From Moraxella nasicaprae (GTDB lineage Bacteria > Pseudomonadota > Gammaproteobacteria > Pseudomonadales > Moraxellaceae), in assembly GCF_025643275.1 (NCBI RefSeq), contig NZ_CP089977.1, forward strand, positions 2,074,667-2,106,666: a stretch of DNA of 32,000 bases, in the 5' to 3' direction. Below the pieces are notes generated by a model. The model was not told the DNA's origin and searched no databases. It saw only the letters and a list, made by a program, of their open reading frames with translations. Shown in pieces: positions 18,179-26,382 of the stretch (the first letter of the stretch is position 1; every line of letters starts with the position of its first letter). A program made the translations under genes and the position numbers.

Positions 18179-18227
18179 GGTGGGGTTGGTTATGCAGTGT
18201 ACTAGCACAATGCTGAGTCTGATATAA

Positions 18228-19094
18228 CTATAACTTACTAGCCCAAGGACCAAAATCAAACCTAGAATAATCCTCTCCAACTTGTGAAAATACATGTAAG
18301 AAATATTCATCTAGCATCTCTTGTGGGTTATTGATTTCATAAATTCCATTAATAAAGTCGCCATCTTTTACCCAAAACATACGATGGTCATAATAGTAAC
18401 ACATGAGTATTAAATCATATTCTTTTGGGTCTTCATCAGGCTTACAGCAATCTATCATAACCCTTAGATTGGGAAAACCATCTGTACGATATTTTTCTTG
18501 TTTTTCAATACCTTCAATTTCAATATCAATAAAAGCATAGGGAATTTTTTTAACCAAACTTTCAATTGCTTGCTTGGCTTTTTTGCGTGAGTTGGGTAAG
18601 TAAATATCAAATGGTTTCCAACAGCTATATGGGTCTCCGATTAGCATGGTTCCCCCTTGAATATACCTAACACTATCAGATAGTAACACGCCACCAAATG
18701 CCTTTAACCAACCATCTTTTAAATAGTTTGGTAGCCAATGGTAATAATCTTCACTAGGGTCAGTTAAAAAATAAATTCTTTGGTTTAACTCAAAAAATGT
18801 TGATAAAGATAAATTTAACTCAATTAATTCATACCAATAAACTGTTAATTGGCAATTTAATTGGAAATCATTTAAATATTGATAGGTTTTTGGATAATGG
18901 GCTTGTAATGATAATATGGATTTGTGAATATCCAATCCTAACTGTCTGATTTGTTCATCATAAATCCACTTATAATCACTGTTATTGATATAATCCATTT
19001 CTTTGTGCTTCATATCAGAGACAAAATCTGCAACATACTCAACAATTTTATTTGACATATTTTGCTCAAGTTTGTCTTTTGTATAGATAGGCAT
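18228..19094 (-). CDS. Hypothetical protein, second immunity-position ORF (paralogue of 19130..19990)
   Basis: The ORF is open from 19106. The second ATG (19094, MPIYTK) has GGAG 6 nt upstream. It is AT-rich. It shares PKTYQ.L and the C-terminal I..(I/L)NNPQE..D.Y..H.FS....(D/R)FDF.P with the upstream ORF. Confidence 0.7.
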   Translation of the reverse strand: MPIYTKDKLEQNMSNKIVEYVADFVSDMKHKEMDYINNSDYKWIYDEQIRQLGLDIHKSILSLQAHYPKTYQYLNDFQLNCQLTVYWYELIELNLSLSTFFELNQRIYFLTDPSEDYYHWLPNYLKDGWLKAFGGVLLSDSVRYIQGGTMLIGDPYSCWKPFDIYLPNSRKKAKQAIESLVKKIPYAFIDIEIEGIEKQEKYRTDGFPNLRVMIDCCKPDEDPKEYDLILMCYYYDHRMFWVKDGDFINGIYEINNPQEMLDEYFLHVFSQVGEDYSRFDFGPWASKL

Positions 19095-19129
19095 AGTTTT
19101 CTCCATAAAAACATATCTAATTCTATAAT

Positions 19130-19990
19130 CTAAAAATCCACCATATATGGAGTAAAATCAAAGTCGCCATCTTGACCCGAAAAAATATGGGCTGCGTAAC
19201 TATCAATGGCTTCTTGTGGATTATTCAATCTTTTTATGCTAAATACATCAGCATTTTGGATAATATAGATATTTTCTCCCTGATCAATAGATGAGCAAAA
19301 TAATTGGAAACCAGTGTTGCTATAGTCGTCCATAGTTCGTGTATCTAATAGATTTCTTAACTCAAAATAATCATTTCTATTATCCCCTGTATACTGATCG
19401 TCATCATAATCTCTCACGATGCGATGATTAAACTTAGCATCTAAAAAATCACAATATTTATCTCTATTTTGTCTAGTTTCAAAATTATCTATAATAGAGT
19501 GAATTGGACTTTGTAAAGTTGTTGGCAGACGGCTTTTAAAAGGACTAGTAACTGTGTCTTCTGCAATATGCCACGCATCTGTGTGGAGTATCCAAGAGCG
19601 AAGAACAAAAACTGGTAAATTTTTGTAAAAAATACTATCAGGATCTTGTTCGTAGCAAGGAATTGATGGATATGATAAATAAAAACATTGATGATTAACA
19701 ATTATACCAAATTGAGTAATATCTCCCATAATTTCTGGATAAGGTGATTTTTCTACAGCATAGAAGAACTCTGCTTTTAAAAGCAGCTGATAGGTTTTGG
19801 GTTGAAGGCTTTCAAAGGGTTGGACTAAATATTCCTTTAAATCGCCTTTTGAAATAAAATGGTAGCCATCATATTTTCTTTCATTGCATTTTAAACTTAG
19901 TTCCATAAATGGAATATCATCAAAATCATTTTGATAAAAGACTTTATCACAACTTTCCTCTAACTGAGTTTTAGTCAAAAATAGTTTCAT
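19130..19990 (-). CDS. Putative CdiI-type immunity protein for the HNH toxin (family unrecognised)
   Basis: 286 aa. The start overlaps the cdiA stop as ATGA (19987-19990), with GGAG inside the last cdiA codons, indicating translational coupling. This is the canonical immunity position. Confidence 0.65.
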   Translation of the reverse strand: MKLFLTKTQLEESCDKVFYQNDFDDIPFMELSLKCNERKYDGYHFISKGDLKEYLVQPFESLQPKTYQLLLKAEFFYAVEKSPYPEIMGDITQFGIIVNHQCFYLSYPSIPCYEQDPDSIFYKNLPVFVLRSWILHTDAWHIAEDTVTSPFKSRLPTTLQSPIHSIIDNFETRQNRDKYCDFLDAKFNHRIVRDYDDDQYTGDNRNDYFELRNLLDTRTMDDYSNTGFQLFCSSIDQGENIYIIQNADVFSIKRLNNPQEAIDSYAAHIFSGQDGDFDFTPYMVDF

Positions 19991-22900
19991 GATTTTTTTC
20001 TCCGCTTAAATAATTCTTGATGAACTTTTTCGGTTGCATCTTTGAGTATCTGCTGCTGTTGCCTTAACAAATATGCTCTATATTTAGGAGATATTTCTTT
20101 ATTCCCCTTAACATATTTAACCCATCCATCAGTACCTGTTTCAATCTTAGAACCCTTAGAAGAGTTAAGATGTTTAGGTAGTGGCTGTAAATTAGAAGGA
20201 TTATTTATGAGCTTTTCTTGTACATCTTTTGGCAAATCATTAAAGCCTGGAATTTTTTTAAATTCCGCTCTGGGGAGAATATGATCAAAAGATGCTACAG
20301 CGTCATCGGGAAAGAATTTTTTGGTATTTGTAAAAGGATCCAAATACATTACCTTGCCAGTTTTAGCATCTACCCAATCACCTTTGATTAAAATCTCGGC
20401 AGCATTACCATATTTGTTGCCAAAATCACAACAATTCGCATTATGCACCCACACACCCAATCTGCCCACATGATAGGTGTGAAAGTCATCCACTTCGATA
20501 TTATAGACAGTGTCGGTGTGGTTGGGTAGTAGGTATTGGCTTATAACTTCTACTTCTTGATTGTTTCTATCAAGTAGTATCATGCCTTGTTCTAGTAAAG
20601 ACGCTTTTAGCCAGCCTGTATCTTTAATCCAAAATGGGTGTTCAGCTGTGGTTTCTAAGGTTTCAATTTGACCTTGATGGTTTTTGACCGTTACTTGGAA
20701 AATGGGTTGGTCAGGTGTTGCTTTGGTGGCAATGACAGGACGATAGCCGTATTCTAGGGTAATGTCATTTCTTGTCCAAATCAGTTCACCACCTGTGAAG
20801 GTTTCGATGGTTTTCAAGCCTTCTGATGTTTCAATCAGGGTTCCTGCGGTAAAGCAAACGGTGCCTTTCTTGCACAGTTTAGAGATGCTATTGATAATAG
20901 CGGCACTAGCACCAGCACCAAAACCACCACCCAATCTATTTAAACTGGTGGTTGCATTCCACCTAACCACCTCCTCAGCCATCTGCACTGCCATATTCAC
21001 ATCTTCTTCTGCTAGGGCTGCTACTGTCCCTGCGATGAGTTTGGCTTGGTTGATGATACTTTGTCTTTGAGAGTCTGTTAGGGTAGTGGGGTCATCTATT
21101 TGCCAATCTGCCCAGATTTCTGCCATACTAGCACCTAAGGCACCTGCTTGGCAAGTTGATCCTTGTGCTTTGGCAGATAGACAGCCTGTGAGTCCTGCGG
21201 CAAGTTTGTGGGCGATGTTGTTAATGTTGCCATCTGTATCAATGGGTTTAACCAAATGAGCAAAGGCTTGTTGATGTGATAGGGCAATCAGTTGATTACC
21301 AAGATTGGTTTTTAGGTTGTCTTCTAAGTCTGTGCCATAGATGGCAGATTGTAGTAGGCTTTTTGAAGTACTTTGGGCAATGCCTTTGATGAATCTGTCA
21401 TTAAGACTTAACTGGGTTTGGTCAATGCCTTGTATGTTTAGTCCTTTATCAATCTTATTGCTGATACCAGCACTGGCGATGGCAAAGGCAAGCTGTTTGG
21501 CATTGTCTTTATTGCCAAGCTGCTTGATGGCGGCTTTGATGTTGCCTTGATTATTGATTAGGCTGATGGTGGCTTGTTCGGCAAGGGTGCTAAGAGCGGT
21601 ATTTGCCATCGCTGTCAGGGTATGACTGCCCAATAAAGTACCGTTAATCGGTGCAATACCGCCTGTTGCCATTCCCATGGCAATGGTTAAGATGGCAGCC
21701 CCTGCTGGAGTAAGACCTGCTTGCTGGTAGTTCCATTCTTTTTGAGTGAGAATAAGGGTCTGCCAGTCGATGTTGTTTTGCTGGATGAGCGAATTTAGAT
21801 AGCTGTATTCGGGCTGTTTGGCAAGTTCAAGGATTTGTTCCTTGATGACTTTTCTTTGGACATCTTTTTCGCTGATAGGGATTTGTACCACAAGACCGCC
21901 ATCGGCAACAAAACTAGGCGGTGTACTACCTGTAAAGCTGGGTAAAACAGCTGTTTGAGTATATTGTCCTTTATCTTGCATTCGTTGCCAAAAGACTTCA
22001 TTGGCTTGTGAGGTGGTGCTTATATTGAGAGTGCTAATCGCTGGAAGTAGATGAACTTTGCCGCCTGCTTCAATATTTGCACCAGACAGATAGCTAAATA
22101 TACTGCCTTGTAGGGTGGTGTCGCCAAGAGATTTGGTATTGATATAACGAGCGGTCAAAGAGGCGGGCAGGGCAGTAATTTGCAATTTGTGATGATTGGT
22201 TGTTGCATTGCCTGCTTTAACGCCCAAGATGCGTCTTTTGACCTGAGTATCTTGATGATGCTCATGCACATCATTGACGCTAAATAGATTGATTGCACCT
22301 GTAGCAAAGACACTGATATTGCCTGTCGTACTCATTTTGGTGGCATAAAAGTCAGCATTACTTTGATGACCTTGAGCGGTTAATGAGATATGATGGGCAG
22401 CCAAAGAAGTCGGTAGGGCGGTGGAATACTCATCTTGGGTTTGAACATTGATGGTTTTGCGATTGAGTGCACTGCCTTTTTTGCTGCTACTTTCATCGTA
22501 GCGATGGGTATAATTGATGGCATGGTCAACGAGTAAATGATGATTAGCAGCGATGGTTAGGTTAGACTTAGCATCAATGTTGCCAGCTTGTACAACCAAA
22601 TGGACTGGCTGCCCTGCTTGATTGGTCTTGGTGGCAGATAGGCTGACATTACTGGCTGTGATTTGACTTGGCACAAACAAAGCATGGTTGCGATAATAAG
22701 AGGAGTTTTCCTTGCCCATTTCATAGATGTTGTGTGAGCCATCGACTAGGATGCTGGCGGTGATGTTTTGGTCGTTTTTGTGGTATTTGTCAGTTAATGT
22801 ACCCTGTGCTTGCAAAGTGATGTTATTGGCAGCGGTCAAGTTCGATGAACGGATTAGAATGCCTTGAGCAGCATTCATGCTGATATTGTTTTGTGCTGTC

Positions 22901-25326
22901 AGGGTGGAGGGCTGATATTCTGTACCGATTGGATTTCTTTTCAAGTCAGCCAGTTGGTCAGTCAATCTTGATACATCAGCTTGCAAAGCCTCCTCTTTTG
23001 ATTTGGCAGGCAAATGCTTAGATAATACCGATTCTAATTCGTTGATTTTGGCGTTGGTTTGGTTAATTAGTCGGTCATAGTCAGCCACAGTCTTTGGATC
23101 TGCCGGCGAAGTGGGTGATGCTGAACGAAATCTAATCCCTGATGGTGGGGGAGGCGGTGGGGGAGGTAAGAGAGTGTCGCCAAGCGATCTGCTGTTTTCT
23201 GGTAGAGATGGCGTGGCAGGATTGCTTAATGCCTGTCTTTGACTATGATGCAAAGCTAGCTGAAATTGCAGAGAATTAATCTGAGTCTGCAATTGTCGAT
23301 AAGACTGATATGCGTCAGATTTTTGAAAGATTGCTAATGCTTGCTTGGCTTGTTTGAGCTGTTTTTCTATATTGTCAATCGTATGTATGGGCAATGCTTG
23401 ACCATCTAGGCGATTGCTTAGAGCATCAACCAGAACGGAGCCCTTCCCAGCATTTAGATGGATATTTTTACCTGTAATATTTGCCCCTTGTAAAACAATC
23501 TCTTGTGCGGATATGGTCAAATTTCCTTTTGGAGTAAGTTGTGCTAATTGACCTGAGCCAATACCCTTAGTGCCTTCATGACCGATTAAATCAATGTTGC
23601 CATTTTGGGACTGTAGCCATAAATCTCCATCAGCAGATAATTGATGTGTCTGAGGTCGAATGTGCAATGCTTGCTCGCTAATAATAGATAAGTCGCCACT
23701 TAGTGTCGTAGTTTGCGGATTTTTGGTTAACAGCTGTGTTTTGGTTGCATTAGCAAATAATTGACCCTGCGGCTTGATGGACAGCTTTTTGGTTTTTAAT
23801 AAAATTGCACCAGCCGTCAGATTGGTCGATCCTGTAATCGTATGCAAACCAAGTGAAACGCTACTTAAGATACCCTTAGCACTTAAATTACCACCTATAT
23901 TTTGATCGCCTGTGGTATAAAGCGTTAAATGATGATCGGCATTGGCAGTCGTGTTTTGCCAAACTAGGTCTTTTCTAGACTCAATAGAGATGTTTTTGTG
24001 TGCAGTTAAATTACTGTTAGTCAGCGTTTGATTTTGGTGTGTGTAGAGATTGATTGATCCATCTGCATTTAACTGGTTGTCAGTCATTTGTGCACTGCCA
24101 GCTAATGATGCTACAGTGATGTTGCCTGTTGTACGAATACTACTTTTACCGATAGATAGAGCGTCTTTGGTAACTAACTGGACATTGCTGGCAGTCATAT
24201 TGGACTGCTGTACGCTGAGCGTCTTGGCTTTGGTTTCAATGTTGCTGGCAGTTAAATTTGTTTGATGTAGATTAAGGGTGTTGTTTGTTGTTAAAAGGAT
24301 GTCTCTCCCTCCTGTCACATTGCCTGCCAAAGTTTGATTGTTAGCATTTAGGTGGATATTGCCTTGTTTGGTGCTCATCACCCCTTGTGCCGACTGGTAA
24401 ATATCTGTTTGGCTACTTAGTAGGATTTGATGATCTGCATGTATATTGCCTGTGTTTTTGATGTATCCATCACTACTGACATAGACTTGCTGAGCGGCGT
24501 TTAAGCTACCAGCATTATTGACACCAACGCCCTGATCGGTAACAATCAAACGAATATTGCCAGCATACATACCGCCAAGCTGACCTGTATCAATAGCAAT
24601 GGTGGCAGCGGAAGATTTATTTGATGATGCTTGAACAGGAGTGGAAAGTCCATTGGTAATAATATTAGAGCCTGCAACAACATTAATACTATCATTGGCA
24701 TGGATTTTGCCATTTAATTCCACTGCTTTAGCATATAGATTAAGATAATTGGCTTGATGCCTATCGGACATACCTGTTTGACCGATATTAATTTTACCAG
24801 CATTGATTTGATGGCTAATGTTGCCCTGCAAATGACTAACCGTGCCAGTTGTTAATGTTGCCTCATTTGTGTTAATAAACCCAGCACCAGAAACTACAAT
24901 TCCTGACGGGTTGGCAATGATAACATTGGCTGTTTGTCCAGCAACCTCAATAATACCAGCAATATTGGTGGCTTTACTACTGTTAATTTCATTGATGATG
25001 GTATGGGCAGAACCTTGTTGTAAAAAAGGATTACCCTCAATCTGATTGGCAAGCTGTGTCTGTGTACTACCACGAGCATTGTTTAGCACGACACCTATGT
25101 CATTAACATTGAACCTTTCGTATTGATTATGAGATATGCCATTAACAGGTGTGCGAATCTGTACCACAGGAACAGCTTGTCCATTAGTATGAGTTCCTGC
25201 AAGAATAATGGGTTTTTTATTAGAATCTGCTTTTGGATCGCTGATAACTTGGGCAATGCTTGATGTTGAAATTGATAAAAGAATGGCAGAAATGGCAATA
25301 TTCAAAGATGATTTTGAAAATAGCAT
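19987..25326 (-). CDS. cdiA: CdiA-type contact-dependent inhibition toxin / filamentous haemagglutinin-family TPS exoprotein with a HINT-HNH C-terminus
   Basis: 1779 aa. Sec signal MLFSKSSLNIAISAILLSISTSSIAQ. TPS domain motifs VPVVQIRTP..GISHNQYERFNV, GNPFL and IIANPSGI match FhaB NPNL/NPNGI. Long FHA-type repeats, a P8 tract, and a pretoxin region ending in VVRWN. Confidence 0.9.
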   Translation of the reverse strand: MLFSKSSLNIAISAILLSISTSSIAQVISDPKADSNKKPIILAGTHTNGQAVPVVQIRTPVNGISHNQYERFNVNDIGVVLNNARGSTQTQLANQIEGNPFLQQGSAHTIINEINSSKATNIAGIIEVAGQTANVIIANPSGIVVSGAGFINTNEATLTTGTVSHLQGNISHQINAGKINIGQTGMSDRHQANYLNLYAKAVELNGKIHANDSINVVAGSNIITNGLSTPVQASSNKSSAATIAIDTGQLGGMYAGNIRLIVTDQGVGVNNAGSLNAAQQVYVSSDGYIKNTGNIHADHQILLSSQTDIYQSAQGVMSTKQGNIHLNANNQTLAGNVTGGRDILLTTNNTLNLHQTNLTASNIETKAKTLSVQQSNMTASNVQLVTKDALSIGKSSIRTTGNITVASLAGSAQMTDNQLNADGSINLYTHQNQTLTNSNLTAHKNISIESRKDLVWQNTTANADHHLTLYTTGDQNIGGNLSAKGILSSVSLGLHTITGSTNLTAGAILLKTKKLSIKPQGQLFANATKTQLLTKNPQTTTLSGDLSIISEQALHIRPQTHQLSADGDLWLQSQNGNIDLIGHEGTKGIGSGQLAQLTPKGNLTISAQEIVLQGANITGKNIHLNAGKGSVLVDALSNRLDGQALPIHTIDNIEKQLKQAKQALAIFQKSDAYQSYRQLQTQINSLQFQLALHHSQRQALSNPATPSLPENSRSLGDTLLPPPPPPPPSGIRFRSASPTSPADPKTVADYDRLINQTNAKINELESVLSKHLPAKSKEEALQADVSRLTDQLADLKRNPIGTEYQPSTLTAQNNISMNAAQGILIRSSNLTAANNITLQAQGTLTDKYHKNDQNITASILVDGSHNIYEMGKENSSYYRNHALFVPSQITASNVSLSATKTNQAGQPVHLVVQAGNIDAKSNLTIAANHHLLVDHAINYTHRYDESSSKKGSALNRKTINVQTQDEYSTALPTSLAAHHISLTAQGHQSNADFYATKMSTTGNISVFATGAINLFSVNDVHEHHQDTQVKRRILGVKAGNATTNHHKLQITALPASLTARYINTKSLGDTTLQGSIFSYLSGANIEAGGKVHLLPAISTLNISTTSQANEVFWQRMQDKGQYTQTAVLPSFTGSTPPSFVADGGLVVQIPISEKDVQRKVIKEQILELAKQPEYSYLNSLIQQNNIDWQTLILTQKEWNYQQAGLTPAGAAILTIAMGMATGGIAPINGTLLGSHTLTAMANTALSTLAEQATISLINNQGNIKAAIKQLGNKDNAKQLAFAIASAGISNKIDKGLNIQGIDQTQLSLNDRFIKGIAQSTSKSLLQSAIYGTDLEDNLKTNLGNQLIALSHQQAFAHLVKPIDTDGNINNIAHKLAAGLTGCLSAKAQGSTCQAGALGASMAEIWADWQIDDPTTLTDSQRQSIINQAKLIAGTVAALAEEDVNMAVQMAEEVVRWNATTSLNRLGGGFGAGASAAIINSISKLCKKGTVCFTAGTLIETSEGLKTIETFTGGELIWTRNDITLEYGYRPVIATKATPDQPIFQVTVKNHQGQIETLETTAEHPFWIKDTGWLKASLLEQGMILLDRNNQEVEVISQYLLPNHTDTVYNIEVDDFHTYHVGRLGVWVHNANCCDFGNKYGNAAEILIKGDWVDAKTGKVMYLDPFTNTKKFFPDDAVASFDHILPRAEFKKIPGFNDLPKDVQEKLINNPSNLQPLPKHLNSSKGSKIETGTDGWVKYVKGNKEISPKYRAYLLRQQQQILKDATEKVHQELFKRRKKS
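19990..20439 (-). other. C-terminal toxin domain of CdiA: cysteine-less HNH-type nuclease (aa 1630-1779)
   Basis: SFDHILPRAEF...NPSNLQPLPKHLNSSKG matches the classic HNH pattern DHI.P...NLQ.L....N..K. Confidence 0.65.
20440..20856 (-). other. HINT (pretoxin-HINT / bacterial intein-like) domain of CdiA, aa 1491-1629
   Basis: CFTAGTLIET (Cys1), TAEHPFW (TxxH block B) and VYNIEVDDFHTYHVG..GVWVHN (terminal HN), followed by ANCC. Confidence 0.75.
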
Positions 25327-25468
25327 TTTAACTTCCTTGTAAAATTGTCAGCTCCTTCTTAGATTTAGTGAAAGTTTAGCAAATACCAAAAAATAGTTCA
25401 AGTCGGAATTGGTATGATTTTTGAGGAAATTTAATCACGGGTTGGTGTGTATGAATACCTTATTTAAC
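20966..25468 (-). repeat. 4503-bp perfect direct repeat, copy B
   Basis: See copy A (offset 7795). Confidence 0.9.
25373..25401 (-). promoter_or_regulatory. Candidate sigma70 promoter of full-length cdiA
   Basis: Identical to 17578-17606: TTGAAC, 17-nt spacer, TAAACT. Confidence 0.5.
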
Positions 25469-25938
25469 ATAATATACATTATGCGAAGTGTAAGCAATCG
25501 ACTTAGGGGATTGATGAATGCTTGATACGCACACTTTAAACGATGTGTTTGGCATGATTACTCATCAAGTTGCTCGTTGTGATTGCTTGGGTTTGAAGCT
25601 AATGACGGCACTCATCAAGACCAACTGATGGCGATTTGGTTTTGGTGCTAGTCATGCTTGGTCAATGTGCATTCATCAAATGTGTTAAATATACCTCATC
25701 AAATCATCAAAATAATGCCAAAAAATCAATCAATTTGGGCGAAAACCCCACCTGTATTTATGTTAATTATCTTCACAAAATCAGTACCACATAGTCGATA
25801 ATCGGTCTTGTGAATATCGCTATATTCATCTATAATAGCTTGTTATTTGTGCAAAAATTTTGGCAAAATACTTGATTTTACGAAGAATTTGATGCCAAAT
25901 CGATGTTTTTAATACACCAAACATGATAGGAGTTTTTT

Positions 25939-26274
25939 ATGTTGGACTTGCTGATTAACACCGCTCACGCCACACAAGGTGCGGCTGGCGAACAGTCGCT
26001 ATTCATGAATCTGTTGATTCCTGTGGCATTTTTTGCAATTTTTTATTTTCTCATCATTCGCCCACAATCAAAACGCAATAAGCAACATAAAGCGATGGTT
26101 GATGGCTTGTCAGCTGGCAATGAAGTGGTATTTGCAGGTGGTTTGATTGGTAAAATCAAACGCATTGAAGGCGATTATGCGGTCGTAACGCTCAACAATG
26201 GCGGTACAGAAGTTAAGGTTCAGCGTGCCAGCGTTTTGATGGTATTGCCAGCAGGCACTGTTGATAATATCTAA
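25939..26274 (+). CDS. yajC: Preprotein translocase subunit YajC
   Basis: 111 aa. LLIPVAFFAIFYFLIIRPQSKRNKQHKAMVDGLSAGNEVVFAGGLIGKI is the YajC signature. It lies upstream of secDF. Confidence 0.9.
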   Translation: MLDLLINTAHATQGAAGEQSLFMNLLIPVAFFAIFYFLIIRPQSKRNKQHKAMVDGLSAGNEVVFAGGLIGKIKRIEGDYAVVTLNNGGTEVKVQRASVLMVLPAGTVDNI

Positions 26275-26382
26275 TTTTATGCTTGCCCAAACAGCTTTTT
26301 TGCAAAGATTTTTTTGCAAAATTGACCGTTTGGGTTGTTTTATTTCTAAGCCAATCGGCTTATCAATCAAATAAGAATATCT

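Noticed and set aside
20440-20856. The HINT domain as a genuine splicing intein
   Set aside because: The residue after the terminal HN is Ala, not Cys/Ser/Thr. The flanks are a secretion stalk and a toxin rather than two halves of one host protein. A cleavage-type pretoxin HINT/BIL domain fits better.
23143-23166. G-rich tract (also at 15348-15371) as a phase-variable simple repeat
   Set aside because: It consists of mixed Pro codons (cct ccc cca ccg ...) encoding P8, not a homopolymer or a perfect short tandem repeat.
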